From NCBI GenBank assembly GCA_028279275.1, contig JANQOB010000002.1:264500-328499 (forward strand): a stretch of DNA of 64,000 bases, read 5' to 3'. Positions within the stretch are counted from its first letter, which is position 1, and every line of letters starts with the position of its first letter. The position numbers were made by a program, and so were the translations under genes. The notes under the pieces are model-generated. The model made no database searches and was not told the DNA's origin. It saw only the letters and a list, made by a program, of their open reading frames with translations. Of the stretch, positions 1 through 9,760 are shown piece after piece. Source of the stretch: Gammaproteobacteria bacterium (GTDB lineage Bacteria; Pseudomonadota; Gammaproteobacteria; UBA4575).

Positions 1-1218
1 GAAGCCCTTAAGGACATCTAAGATGTATTCGCGTCGACCAGCAGATTCAGCTAAAAATAATATTTTTTTATTGCTTGGCTGGATGAAACGTAAAAGCTCG
101 CTTGCAGGATCTTTTATTCTCGAATTAATTGTAAGAGTGGGTAAGGCATGTGCATCAAAGTTGTATTGATCACGGTGTAATTGTTCTATTTCGTATTGTT
201 GGATTTTAATTGTGTTGAATTTATATAGATTTTTCTCAAAAAAATCTGTAGATATCCAAAGTTGCTTTGGGTGAAGAGGGGGTCTTTCCAAATCATATTT
301 GCGCTGTTCATACCTATAGAAAACATCGTTTTCAAAATCAGTGACAATATCCGCTATATCTTCGATCATAACTAATTGAGTATTTTCTGGGATATAGTCA
401 AAGAAAGTGCTCGTTTCCTCGCAAAACAAGGGTAGATAATATTCAATACCGGCGGGGAGGTTGTTGTTACTCACTCCGCGATAAATTACACTTTTGTTTG
501 GATCGCCCTCAAACTGGATACGATAATTTTGTCTAAATCGTTTGACAGCATCGTCATCTGTTGGGAACTCGCGTGCAGGTAATACCTGGAATTCATTTAT
601 TTTTTCAATAGAGACTTGTGTTTCTGGATTGAATATGCGGATTGTTTCAATTTCATTATCAAACAAGTCAATTCGATACGGTTGGCTTGATCCCATCGGA
701 AACAAGTCGATGATTGAGCCGCGCACTGCAAATTCACCATGAGTCATCACTTGTGAGACATATTGATAACCAGCCTTGGTGAGTGTTTGCTTAAAGGTCT
801 CTAAATGAAGTTGGTCGTTTAGTTTTAAATCTAGTGTCTGACCTAGTATGAAATCTTTAGAAGCCAGTCGGGATAAAATTGTGCCAGCAGATATAATAAG
901 TGCGCCTTGTTGAGTGCTAGGCAATGAGCTGAGAGCTAGTATGCGATCAGAAATAATATCTTCATGTGGCGAAAAAACATCATACGGGAGCGTTTCAGAA
1001 TCGGGGAAAAGGTAGACATCTATTTTCTGGTCACAAAAAAACTTTAGCTCACTTTCCAAAATGTGTGCGCTTTGAATATCAGGCGTGATGATTAAAGTTA
1101 GCCCCGTAAATTGCTCAATTGCTTTTGCGAGCGCTAAACCTTTACTGCAACCATATGTGCGCCCCCAAGTGACATGGGAATGCTCTTTGTTAGGAAGTGG
1201 TGGATTAAAAATACTCAT
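1..1218 (-). CDS. mfd: Transcription-repair coupling factor, 5' part (runs off the window start)
   Basis: Not in ORF track. Manual translation from ATG at 1218: MSIFNPPLPNKEH...LFPDSETLPYDVFSPHEDIISDRILAL...LFLAESAGRREYILDVLKGF. ETLPYDxFSP and AESAGRRE are typical of Mfd. Confidence 0.93.
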   Translation of the reverse strand, partial: MSIFNPPLPNKEHSHVTWGRTYGCSKGLALAKAIEQFTGLTLIITPDIQSAHILESELKFFCDQKIDVYLFPDSETLPYDVFSPHEDIISDRILALSSLPSTQQGALIISAGTILSRLASKDFILGQTLDLKLNDQLHLETFKQTLTKAGYQYVSQVMTHGEFAVRGSIIDLFPMGSSQPYRIDLFDNEIETIRIFNPETQVSIEKINEFQVLPAREFPTDDDAVKRFRQNYRIQFEGDPNKSVIYRGVSNNNLPAGIEYYLPLFCEETSTFFDYIPENTQLVMIEDIADIVTDFENDVFYRYEQRKYDLERPPLHPKQLWISTDFFEKNLYKFNTIKIQQYEIEQLHRDQYNFDAHALPTLTINSRIKDPASELLRFIQPSNKKILFLAESAGRREYILDVLKGF

Positions 1219-1466
1219 TTTGTGCTAGACAACTTGAGGACAAAGTTTGGCAATTTGGGTGGCTAAGGGCTAAAAGGCACGACATTCTACTCATTGTGCG
1301 AATTAGCTTAAACCTTGAATTTGCAGTAATTAATCTTCCATGCTGATCGCCTACCATCGGTCTCAGGCTATCGTTCGTCGCTTCTAAGCCGCCACGTGTT
1401 AAGATCTCTATGTAATTAATGAGTTACCCATCTTAACCTATATTTTTCCTTAACTATTAGAAAGCT

Positions 1467-2102
1467 ATGCGCACAGAGGAGGTAAGCGTACTCAGGGCAC
1501 ATGATTTGAAGTGTGTAAAGGGCAGTACCGAACTATTCTCGAATATTCATTTCCAAATTGAATCGGGTGAAGCTTTAGTTGTGGAAGGCAGTAATGGCAG
1601 TGGTAAAACCAGCCTGTTAAGGATTCTGTGTGGATTTAATTATCCTGCCGAGGGCGAGATCAGCTGGTGTGGGAAGACTATTGATGGACATGAGGACTAT
1701 CAGCAGCAAATTTCTTATATAGGGCATGCTTCTGGAGTGAAGTTAGATTTAACGGTTTTAGAGAATTTGGTGTTTGCGCAAAGATTGGTGGGCTCTGATC
1801 GAGATGAGACTGAAATTAAAGACATTATTCGTTCTGTAGGTCTGTTCAAGCAGCGAAATGTATTGACTCGAAAGCTTTCTGCGGGACAAAAAAGGAGAGT
1901 GGCGTTAGCGCGTTTGCAGTTAGAAGAAAGGAAACTTTGGGTTTTAGATGAACCGCTCACAGCTTTAGATAAAGAATTTGTAACAGATTTTGAAAACGTT
2001 TTGAAAAAACATTTAGAAGATGATGGCATGTTAGTGGTTACTACACATCGTGAGTTATTACTCCCTGATTCTTTAACAAAGAAAATTAACTTATCGGCAT
2101 AG
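1467..2102 (+). CDS. ccmA: Heme export ABC ATPase CcmA
   Basis: Walker A GSNGSGKT, LSAGQKRR signature, LDEP; first gene of ccm cluster. Confidence 0.93.
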   Translation: MRTEEVSVLRAHDLKCVKGSTELFSNIHFQIESGEALVVEGSNGSGKTSLLRILCGFNYPAEGEISWCGKTIDGHEDYQQQISYIGHASGVKLDLTVLENLVFAQRLVGSDRDETEIKDIIRSVGLFKQRNVLTRKLSAGQKRRVALARLQLEERKLWVLDEPLTALDKEFVTDFENVLKKHLEDDGMLVVTTHRELLLPDSLTKKINLSA

Positions 2103-2108
2103 TGAAAA

Positions 2109-2777
2109 ATGTTGAGTGCACTTATTACGATTATCAGACGTGACTTGCTTGTTGCATTTAGGCGTCGGTCAGAATTAGTAAACCCTATTCTGTTTTATGT
2201 AATTGTTATAACGCTATTTCCATTGGGTGTGAGCCCGGATCATGAATTTCTAAGCAAGCTCGCGCCTGGTGTTGTTTGGGTGGCGGCTTTACTTGCTGCA
2301 CTTATTTCAATGGAAAGTATTTTTCGTCAGGATTTTGATGATGGAAGTGTTGAACAATTGTTTTTAAGTCAGCATCCACCTACTTTATTGATATTAGGAA
2401 AGGTAATTGCGCATTGGCTGATTACGGGTCTGCCAATGTTAGTGATCGTGCCTCTAATGGCTTTACTCTTATATATACCTGAACAGGCTATCCCTACATT
2501 ATTCTTAACTGTATTAATCGGCACACCGATACTCAGTTTAATTGGCGCAATTGGCGTGGCGCTTACCGCAGGGTTACGCGGTGGTGGTGTACTATTGGGA
2601 TTATTGGTATTACCTCTATATATACCCGTTCTGATATTTGCCTCGGCTGCTGTGAGTACTGCTATAGAGGGATTACCATCTTCCGGACATTTAGCGATGC
2701 TGGGATCTGGATTAATACTAGCACTTATATTAGCACCGCTAGCGATAAGTGCTTCATTAAAAATTAGTATGAATTAG
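2109..2777 (+). CDS. ccmB: Heme exporter permease CcmB
   Basis: Hydrophobic; FRQDFDDGSVEQL and LVLPLYIPVLIFA motifs; position after ccmA. Confidence 0.95.
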   Translation: MLSALITIIRRDLLVAFRRRSELVNPILFYVIVITLFPLGVSPDHEFLSKLAPGVVWVAALLAALISMESIFRQDFDDGSVEQLFLSQHPPTLLILGKVIAHWLITGLPMLVIVPLMALLLYIPEQAIPTLFLTVLIGTPILSLIGAIGVALTAGLRGGGVLLGLLVLPLYIPVLIFASAAVSTAIEGLPSSGHLAMLGSGLILALILAPLAISASLKISMN

Positions 2778-2779
2778 TT

Positions 2780-3517
2780 ATGTGGGCATGGTTTCATAAA
2801 TTATCTTCGCCAAAGTACTACTATGAGTGGGCCGGTAAGTGGCTGCCATGGTTGGCAGGCATAACCGTTATATTAATGGTTGTTGGCCTTTATTGGGGAT
2901 TAGTGGTTGCACCCACAGATTATCAGCAGGGTGAGTCCTACAGGATCATCTATATACATGTGCCTTCAGCATGGATGTCTATGTTTGTATATGTGGTTAT
3001 GGCAGTAGCAGGGTTTGTTGCTTTGGTTTGGAAAACAAAAATTTCTGAAATTGTCGTATCAGAGTGTGCGGTAATTGGCGCCATGTTTACTGCACTGGCG
3101 CTCATTACAGGAATGCTTTGGGGTAAACCCACTTGGGGTACTTACTGGACGTGGGATGCAAGGCTTACTTCTGAATTAATTTTGTTATTTTTGTATTTTG
3201 GTGTCATTGCACTTTATTCTTCAATAGAAGATAAACGTGTAGCGGCAAAAGCTGCAAGTATGTTAGCTGTAGTTGGAGTCGTAAATATACCTATCATTCA
3301 TTTTTCGGTGACGTGGTGGAATTCTTTGCACCAACCCAATATGGACATTATTTCTGAAAATCCATCTATGGATCCAAGTATGTTATGGCCACTATTAGTG
3401 ATGGCTACGGCATTCAAAATTTATTTTGTTTGGTTATTGTTCATCCGTATTCGTAATGAAATTATTTCTCGAGAACGTACAACTAATTGGGTAAGGAAAC
3501 TAATCGCAGAGAGTTAA
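2780..3517 (+). CDS. ccmC: Heme exporter CcmC
   Basis: WWD motif WGKPTWGTYWTWDARLT, flanking His (IYIHVP, IIHFSVTWWNSLHQ). Confidence 0.96.
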   Translation: MWAWFHKLSSPKYYYEWAGKWLPWLAGITVILMVVGLYWGLVVAPTDYQQGESYRIIYIHVPSAWMSMFVYVVMAVAGFVALVWKTKISEIVVSECAVIGAMFTALALITGMLWGKPTWGTYWTWDARLTSELILLFLYFGVIALYSSIEDKRVAAKAASMLAVVGVVNIPIIHFSVTWWNSLHQPNMDIISENPSMDPSMLWPLLVMATAFKIYFVWLLFIRIRNEIISRERTTNWVRKLIAES

Positions 3518-3519
3518 TT

Positions 3520-3669
3520 ATGCAGGAATTTTTCTACATGGATGGTAAATGGATGTTTGTGTGGGGTTCTTATGGAGTTGCATTTGTGGCGATGGTGTTC
3601 AGTGTTGTTTTTGCCAGTCGTCGCAAGAAAAAACTTGCTAGAGAAATTGAAGAGAGCCTTGAAGAATAG
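3520..3669 (+). CDS. ccmD: Heme exporter protein CcmD (49 aa)
   Basis: ATG at 3520 just after the ccmC stop (ORF track extends to 3487); aromatic N-terminus FVWGSYG, one TM helix, basic tail; lies between ccmC and ccmE. Confidence 0.88.
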   Translation: MQEFFYMDGKWMFVWGSYGVAFVAMVFSVVFASRRKKKLAREIEESLEE

Positions 3670-3680
3670 GAATTATTTAA

Positions 3681-4142
3681 ATGAGAGCGAAAAGAAAACA
3701 ACGTCTAATATTTGTCACTATCGTTTTACTTGGATTCAGTGCGGCAACGGCGCTTGGAGTTTATGCCATACAGAAAAATAAAACTTACTTTCATACTCCA
3801 GCAGAATTTGCTGCAGGAAGTGTTCCGCAAGATCAGCTCATTAGAGTAGGTGGCTTGGTGGTTGAGGGTAGTGTGAACCGTTTTGATGATGGTGTTACCA
3901 CAGAATTTGATTTGACAGATACAGCGGGCACAGTAACCGTGCGTTATAAAGGCTTGTTACCTGATTTATTCAGAGAAGGTCAGGGCATTGTAGCGCAGGG
4001 AAAATTGAACAATCAGGGTACGATCGTAGCTCAAGAGGTATTAGCTAAACATGATGAAAACTATATGCCACCTGAAGTTGCAGAAGCATTGAAAGCCTCA
4101 GGTGCTTCACACCCAGAAAATATTCCTAAGAATAATTATTAA
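3681..4142 (+). CDS. ccmE: Heme chaperone CcmE
   Basis: LPDLFREGQGIVAQG and LAKHDENYMPPEV heme-binding motif. Confidence 0.97.
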   Translation: MRAKRKQRLIFVTIVLLGFSAATALGVYAIQKNKTYFHTPAEFAAGSVPQDQLIRVGGLVVEGSVNRFDDGVTTEFDLTDTAGTVTVRYKGLLPDLFREGQGIVAQGKLNNQGTIVAQEVLAKHDENYMPPEVAEALKASGASHPENIPKNNY

Positions 4143-4158
4143 AAGTCTATCGTAATTT

Positions 4159-6159
4159 ATGATTCCTGAAATTGGACATTTCGCTTTAGTAATCGCTCTT
4201 TGTTTAGCGCTTGTGCAAACAATCGTTCCTATTTTAGGAGCACAAACACAAACCAGCCAATGGATGGCTGTGGCAAAACCAGTTGCCCGTGGTCATTTTC
4301 TCTTTCTAATCATTTCTTATGCTTGCTTAACGTATAGTTTTATAAAGTCAGATTTTTCAGTTTTGTATGTGGCGAATAATTCGAATACTGCATTGCCTAT
4401 ATACTATAAAATTTCTGCTGTTTGGGGTGCGCATGAAGGCTCTTTATTACTATGGGTGTTGATGTTAGGTGCATGGACATATGCTGTGACCATTTTCAGT
4501 CGCAGTTTGCCAAATGATATGGTGGCACGTGTAATAGGCATCATGGGATTTGTAAGTGTTGGGTTTCTTTTGTTTACTTTGCTTACTTCTAATCCATTTG
4601 AAAGAATTTTCCCTGTTCCATTAGAAGGTCGAGATTTAAATCCATTATTGCAGGATCCAGGATTAGTGATTCATCCACCCATGCTATATATGGGATATGT
4701 AGGATTCTCGGTCGCCTTTGCATTTGCAATAGCTGCCCTGTTAGGTGGCAAGTTGGATTCAGCGTGGGCACGGTGGTCAAGACCATGGGCCACTATTGCT
4801 TGGGTTTTCTTAACCATTGGGATCACATTAGGAAGCTGGTGGGCTTATCATGAACTCGGTTGGGGCGGCTGGTGGTTTTGGGATCCGGTAGAAAATGCCT
4901 CATTTATGCCTTGGTTGGTTGGCACTGCATTAATTCATTCACTAGCCGTTACTGAAAAACGCTCTAGTTTTAAAAACTGGACGGTGTTGCTTGCAATTTT
5001 AGCGTTTTCGTTAAGCTTGTTAGGAACATTCTTAGTTCGTTCGGGTGTCTTGGTATCCGTACATGCATTTGCAACAGATCCTGCTCGCGGTGTGTATATC
5101 CTAATGTTTCTAGCGGTCGTTATAGGGGGTTCTTTATTGCTGTACGCACTCCGTGCACCAAAAATTAAATCTATTGGACAATTTGAATTGGTCTCACGTG
5201 AGACAGCATTGTTACTTAACAATGTGCTCTTATTAGTAGCCATGTTTACTATCTTAGTGGGCACACTGTATCCATTGTTTTTAGATGCAATAAATGCAGG
5301 GAAAATCTCTGTTGGCCCACCATATTTCAATGCTGTGTTTGTACCATTAATGTTGCCATTAGTGTTGGTAGTAGGAGTGGGACCTTTTTTGAGGTGGAAA
5401 AAAGCCACTCTTGCAGACACGTTAAAAAAATTAATTAAAATATTTATTATTGGGTTAATTATTGGTATTGGGCTGCCATTTTTAGTTGCTGGCAAGACAT
5501 CAATACTTGTTCTCTTAGGTATTACATTAGGAGGCTGGTCTATTTTTGCCGCGCTATATTATTTATTTAAGAATTTAAAGCGTAGTGACTCTAAACAGAG
5601 TGCAATACAGCACCTTAAAAAAATTCCACGTGCCACTTATGGAATGACACTAGCCCATATCGGTATAGGTATTTTTGTGTTTGGTGTTACGTTTGTAAAT
5701 GCTTTTGAAGTGGAAAAAGAATTGCCGATGAAAGTTGGTGAGAAAGTAGAAATGGCAGGCTATGAATTTATGTTCAATGGCGTTAGAACAGTACAAGGGC
5801 CAAATTATTCATCAAAAATGGGAACAGTTGATGTGTATAAAGATAATAAGGCTGTGGCAAGACTTTATCCTGAAAAGCGTACATATTTGGTGCAACAAAA
5901 CCCTATGACAGAAGCTGGGATTGATAGTGGATTCTTGAGAGATGTATATGTCTCATTGGGTGAGCAGATAAATAGCGAAGCATGGGGAATGAGATTGTAT
6001 TACAAACCTTTTATTCAATGGATTTGGATAGGAGCAGGTTTGATGGCGTTAGGCGGTCTACTCGCTGCACTAGATCGACGTTATCGCCTTAAATTAAAAC
6101 GTGAGAAGGTGGTGGAAAAAGCTGTTAAGAGTAAAGAAGCCGCGATAGCTGCTTCTTAA
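4159..6159 (+). CDS. ccmF: Cytochrome c heme lyase CcmF
   Basis: MIPEIGHFAL start, HPPMLYMGY, WGGWWFWDPVENASFMPW, SVHAFA. Confidence 0.97.
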   Translation: MIPEIGHFALVIALCLALVQTIVPILGAQTQTSQWMAVAKPVARGHFLFLIISYACLTYSFIKSDFSVLYVANNSNTALPIYYKISAVWGAHEGSLLLWVLMLGAWTYAVTIFSRSLPNDMVARVIGIMGFVSVGFLLFTLLTSNPFERIFPVPLEGRDLNPLLQDPGLVIHPPMLYMGYVGFSVAFAFAIAALLGGKLDSAWARWSRPWATIAWVFLTIGITLGSWWAYHELGWGGWWFWDPVENASFMPWLVGTALIHSLAVTEKRSSFKNWTVLLAILAFSLSLLGTFLVRSGVLVSVHAFATDPARGVYILMFLAVVIGGSLLLYALRAPKIKSIGQFELVSRETALLLNNVLLLVAMFTILVGTLYPLFLDAINAGKISVGPPYFNAVFVPLMLPLVLVVGVGPFLRWKKATLADTLKKLIKIFIIGLIIGIGLPFLVAGKTSILVLLGITLGGWSIFAALYYLFKNLKRSDSKQSAIQHLKKIPRATYGMTLAHIGIGIFVFGVTFVNAFEVEKELPMKVGEKVEMAGYEFMFNGVRTVQGPNYSSKMGTVDVYKDNKAVARLYPEKRTYLVQQNPMTEAGIDSGFLRDVYVSLGEQINSEAWGMRLYYKPFIQWIWIGAGLMALGGLLAALDRRYRLKLKREKVVEKAVKSKEAAIAAS

Positions 6160-6168
6160 AGAATTAAA

Positions 6169-6702
6169 ATGTTCAAATATCTTCTTCCGGTAATTTTATT
6201 TTTTGTTTTATGTGGATTTTTGTTTATTGGACTTTATAAAGATCCTTCAAAAGTCGATTCTCCACTAATAGGCAAACCCGCTCCTGAATTTTCGTTACCC
6301 AGGCTTGAACAACCCAATGACCTTTTTTCTGAAAAAGAATTTCTTGGGAAAGTATCTATATTGAACGTTTGGGGGACTTGGTGCTTTGCTTGTAAACAAG
6401 AACATCACATTTTACTGGATCTGGCAAAAAGAAATATAGCCCCTATATATGGACTTAATTATAAGGATGATACCGAACAGGCAAAAATGTATTTACGAGA
6501 TTTTGGAAATCCTTTTGTGAGTAATGCGGTGGATCAGTTAGGTAGAGTTGCAATTGATTGGGGTGTTTATGGAGCACCCGAGACATTCATTATGGACAAA
6601 AAAGGAATTATTCGTCACAAACACATAGGGCCTCTTACTTTAGAAGATGTTGAGGACGAGATATTGCCTCTTATTCAAAACTTGAAAAATGAAGCATCAT
6701 AG
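6169..6702 (+). CDS. ccmG: Thiol:disulfide oxidoreductase CcmG/DsbE
   Basis: WCFAC CxxC, GVYGAPET. Confidence 0.95.
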   Translation: MFKYLLPVILFFVLCGFLFIGLYKDPSKVDSPLIGKPAPEFSLPRLEQPNDLFSEKEFLGKVSILNVWGTWCFACKQEHHILLDLAKRNIAPIYGLNYKDDTEQAKMYLRDFGNPFVSNAVDQLGRVAIDWGVYGAPETFIMDKKGIIRHKHIGPLTLEDVEDEILPLIQNLKNEAS

Positions 6703-7153
6703 AGTTTGTCAATTCATATTTGCAATATGCATTGCATTGGCTTTTCAGTTTGCAAGCGCTGAAATTATAACGGTAGCCCCTGAGCATGAAAAACGTTACC
6801 ACGAGCTGTTAAGCGAATTGAGATGTCTGGTGTGTCAAAACCAGACTATTGAAGAATCAAATTCTGAATTAGCCATCGATTTGCGTTTGGAAGTCAATAA
6901 AATGTTGATGCAAGGTGCTACGGATCAAGAAATTATAGATTTTATGGCGGACCGATACGGTGATTTTGTTTTATACAAACCACTTGTGCAGCCAAAAACC
7001 TATTTATTATGGTTCGGACCTTTTATCTTTTTGGTAGTAGCTTTATTGCTTGTTTTATTGTTTCTCAAAAAACATAAACCTTCTTCGAGTGCACAGCTTT
7101 CAGATGATGAAAAACAAAAGCTCGACTCAATTTTAAAACAAACTAAAAAATAA
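6689..7153 (+). CDS. ccmH: Cytochrome c biogenesis protein CcmH
   Basis: LRCLVCQNQ motif, RYGDFVLYKP. Confidence 0.95.
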   Translation: MKHHRVCQFIFAICIALAFQFASAEIITVAPEHEKRYHELLSELRCLVCQNQTIEESNSELAIDLRLEVNKMLMQGATDQEIIDFMADRYGDFVLYKPLVQPKTYLLWFGPFIFLVVALLLVLLFLKKHKPSSSAQLSDDEKQKLDSILKQTKK

Positions 7154-7158
7154 ATTTA

Positions 7159-8424
7159 ATGACTATTTTTTGGATTATATGTAGCTTGTTAATTATTATT
7201 GCATTAATCATTGTAATGCCTGCATTGCTTTCCAAAGAAACGGAAAAAGATTTAGATCGTAAAAAAATCAATCGAGCGGTTTTTGAAAAGAAACTAGTTG
7301 AGCTTGAAAATGATCGAAATAATGACTTGATTGATCAAGACCAGTATTTGATTGCTAAAACAGATCTTGAAAGATCATTGCTGGATGATTTAGATAATCA
7401 AGAAGAGTTAAGCGTAAAAACAAATAATAAATTATTGCCTATAATTATTGTAATAGCGCTTCCTGCTGCTTCTATATTTACCTATTTAAAACTTGAAAAT
7501 GGCCTGCAATCATTAGATCCAGAATTTGAAAATACCCTCGCAGCACAACAATCTATACAACCCGCCTCTATTGAGGAGGCTATTTCGGGACTTGAAGAAA
7601 AAGTAAAACTAGATCCGGATAACCTAGAAAATTGGAATATGTTGGGTAGATCTTATTTGGTTACCAAACGTTTTGACGATGCAGTGAACGCTTATTCAAA
7701 GGCAAATGAATTAACCAATGGTGCTGATCCTAATATTCTAGTTTCATATGGTGAAGCAAAGGTATTTGCCGCAGGCAATAAATTTGATGAAAATTCTATG
7801 TCCCTGTTTAGTAAGGCATTGCAAATACAGCCGAATAATGAACGTGGACTTTGGTACGCTGGTATGGCTGCCTACCAATTACAAGATTATAAAAAGTCAG
7901 TAGAATATTGGGATAAGTTGATTCAACAAGTGCCTGATGACCAAGCAGAGGTGAGGTCAGCATTAAGTCAGTATTTAAATGATGCTAAACAAAAAGCCGG
8001 TATTGAAATTGCCCAGGCTCCAGAATTAACTTCTAACTCATTACCAGAATCAAGTGCTGAGCCATCAAATGAAAATAAAGCTAAGGTAACCGTAAACGTA
8101 TCTTTAAGTGATGCACTGCTCAAAAATACTGTGAACTCTGACACACTGTTTATTTATGCGAGAGCCATGAATGGGCCGAAGATGCCTTTAGCACTAGTTA
8201 AAATGACCGCTGGAGATCTGCCTGCTACTGTAACCCTAGATGATTCTGTTTCAATGATGCCTAGCATGACCTTATCCAGCATGGACCAGGTTGAGATTAT
8301 CGCTAGAATTTCTAAGTCAGGACAAGCGGTTATGCAAACTGGGGATATATTTGGAATTGTTCAGTCTGTGAGAACGGATCAGTCTGAGACAGTGGATGTT
8401 GTGATAAGTGAGTTAGTGCCTTAA
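7159..8424 (+). CDS. ccmI: Cytochrome c biogenesis protein CcmI/CycH (TM + TPR + C-terminal domain)
   Basis: Two TM segments, TPR-like helices (WNMLGRSYL, GLWYAGMAAYQ), C-terminal FIYARAMNGPKMPLA...ARISKSG. Confidence 0.92.
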   Translation: MTIFWIICSLLIIIALIIVMPALLSKETEKDLDRKKINRAVFEKKLVELENDRNNDLIDQDQYLIAKTDLERSLLDDLDNQEELSVKTNNKLLPIIIVIALPAASIFTYLKLENGLQSLDPEFENTLAAQQSIQPASIEEAISGLEEKVKLDPDNLENWNMLGRSYLVTKRFDDAVNAYSKANELTNGADPNILVSYGEAKVFAAGNKFDENSMSLFSKALQIQPNNERGLWYAGMAAYQLQDYKKSVEYWDKLIQQVPDDQAEVRSALSQYLNDAKQKAGIEIAQAPELTSNSLPESSAEPSNENKAKVTVNVSLSDALLKNTVNSDTLFIYARAMNGPKMPLALVKMTAGDLPATVTLDDSVSMMPSMTLSSMDQVEIIARISKSGQAVMQTGDIFGIVQSVRTDQSETVDVVISELVP

Positions 8425-8475
8425 TTATTTTTGTCTAACTCTCTATTAAATTAAGGATAATTTGGGAGTTTGCAC

Positions 8476-9348
8476 ATGTTTTTATTAGCGAACATTTTAC
8501 TTTTAAGTGGCATTTTTTTATTCGCTGCTTCATTGTTTGCAGTTCAGCAATTAATAAAAAAATTACCACTAGGTGAAGTTCGAAATAATTGGAAAATTCT
8601 TTCTTTCTTCATCGCGGGATTTGCTGTCGGTTATGCAGCTTATATGTTTATGCTGTTAACAGGTAAAGTTGTCATAGCTAGTATTAATTTCCCTGCTATC
8701 TGTTTTGCAGTTTCGGCCTTTGTTCTATTGCTTTGTTTTCTAACTTATCAAACAACTAGAGATATTCGAACTGCAATTACTCTAGATCAGGCAAGTATCA
8801 TTGATCCGGTTTTGGAAATTTATAATCGTCGTTATTTCGATCGCAGGATTGATGAAGAAACTCAACGTTCACGTCGATACAACCAGCCTTTATCAATCAT
8901 TCTATTTGAGGTCGACCAACTTGAATCCATCATTAAAAAACAAGGTGGTTTGGTTGCTGATGTCGTGTTGCGCAAAGTAAGTGATTTTTTAGTTGGATCT
9001 GTTCGTTCATCAGATATTGTTGCACGCTATGACGAACATAAAATTGTAGTGGCTACAACACAAACTGAGCCTGATATGGCTATTATGTTGGCAGATCGTT
9101 TGCGAGCAGAAGCTGAAAATCTTGAAATACTGCCAAACAGTGAACAAAAAGGTTTAGATGCATTACATATTACGGTTACCGCAGGCGTATCTTGTGTAGA
9201 AGATAGAATCAAAAACGGATTTGATTTAATGGATGTGGCAGAAAAGGCGATTATGCGTGCAGATTCAAATGGACGAAATCGTGTATATGCCTACGATCCT
9301 TCTGATATTGTTGTTCCTGAAGAAACGATTGAAGCAGCCGCAGCTTAA
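8476..9348 (+). CDS. Membrane-anchored GGDEF-fold protein with degenerate active site
   Basis: About 3 TM helices, then DPVLEIYNRRYF...RSSDIVARYDEHKI; GGAG SD 7 nt before ATG 8476. Confidence 0.82.
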   Translation: MFLLANILLLSGIFLFAASLFAVQQLIKKLPLGEVRNNWKILSFFIAGFAVGYAAYMFMLLTGKVVIASINFPAICFAVSAFVLLLCFLTYQTTRDIRTAITLDQASIIDPVLEIYNRRYFDRRIDEETQRSRRYNQPLSIILFEVDQLESIIKKQGGLVADVVLRKVSDFLVGSVRSSDIVARYDEHKIVVATTQTEPDMAIMLADRLRAEAENLEILPNSEQKGLDALHITVTAGVSCVEDRIKNGFDLMDVAEKAIMRADSNGRNRVYAYDPSDIVVPEETIEAAAA

Positions 9349-9507
9349 GTAGTCTTTAGTATATTACATTTTATAGCCTGGCCTGACTGTTACAAATCCT
9401 TAAGCTAATACCGATAGTTTTTAGTCTTAAAGGCACTATCTCATCCCTTATTCATTAACATGCTTGCTATAATTTAGCTGGCAATGTTCATACTTGAGAG
9501 GGTAGCG

Positions 9508-9747
9508 ATGACCAAGTTAGATTTATTACAAGTTTTAGGATGGTGCTCACTGATTTATATCGCGGTATTATTCCTATGGATAGTTATGTTTACATGCTGT
9601 CGATCATGGGTATATCGTTGGCATACTAAATGGTTTGCGATTTCAGAGGAAAAATTTAATCAAATACATTATGCCTTAATCGGTTTTTATAAGCTGATTA
9701 TTGTTGTCTTTTTTCTTGTCCCTTATCTTGTGTTAAGAGCACTCTAA
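9508..9747 (+). CDS. Small membrane protein, DUF6868-like
   Basis: Pattern LGWCSLI...LFLW...YRWHTKWFAISEEKFNQIHYALIGFYKLIIVVFFLVPYLVL recalled as this family; purine-rich SD before ATG 9508. Confidence 0.65.
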   Translation: MTKLDLLQVLGWCSLIYIAVLFLWIVMFTCCRSWVYRWHTKWFAISEEKFNQIHYALIGFYKLIIVVFFLVPYLVLRAL

Positions 9748-9760
9748 TTTGGAATTGAAT

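Noticed and set aside
542-742. 66-aa plus-strand ORF
   Set aside because: Antisense shadow of mfd
1300-1440. TPP riboswitch or 6S RNA (CTGAGA on the minus strand; ACCTTGAA on the plus strand)
   Set aside because: Only isolated words match; the other conserved elements are missing
3542-3781. 79-aa ORF overlapping ccmD/ccmE
   Set aside because: Alternative frame; ccmD at 3520 fits the family pattern
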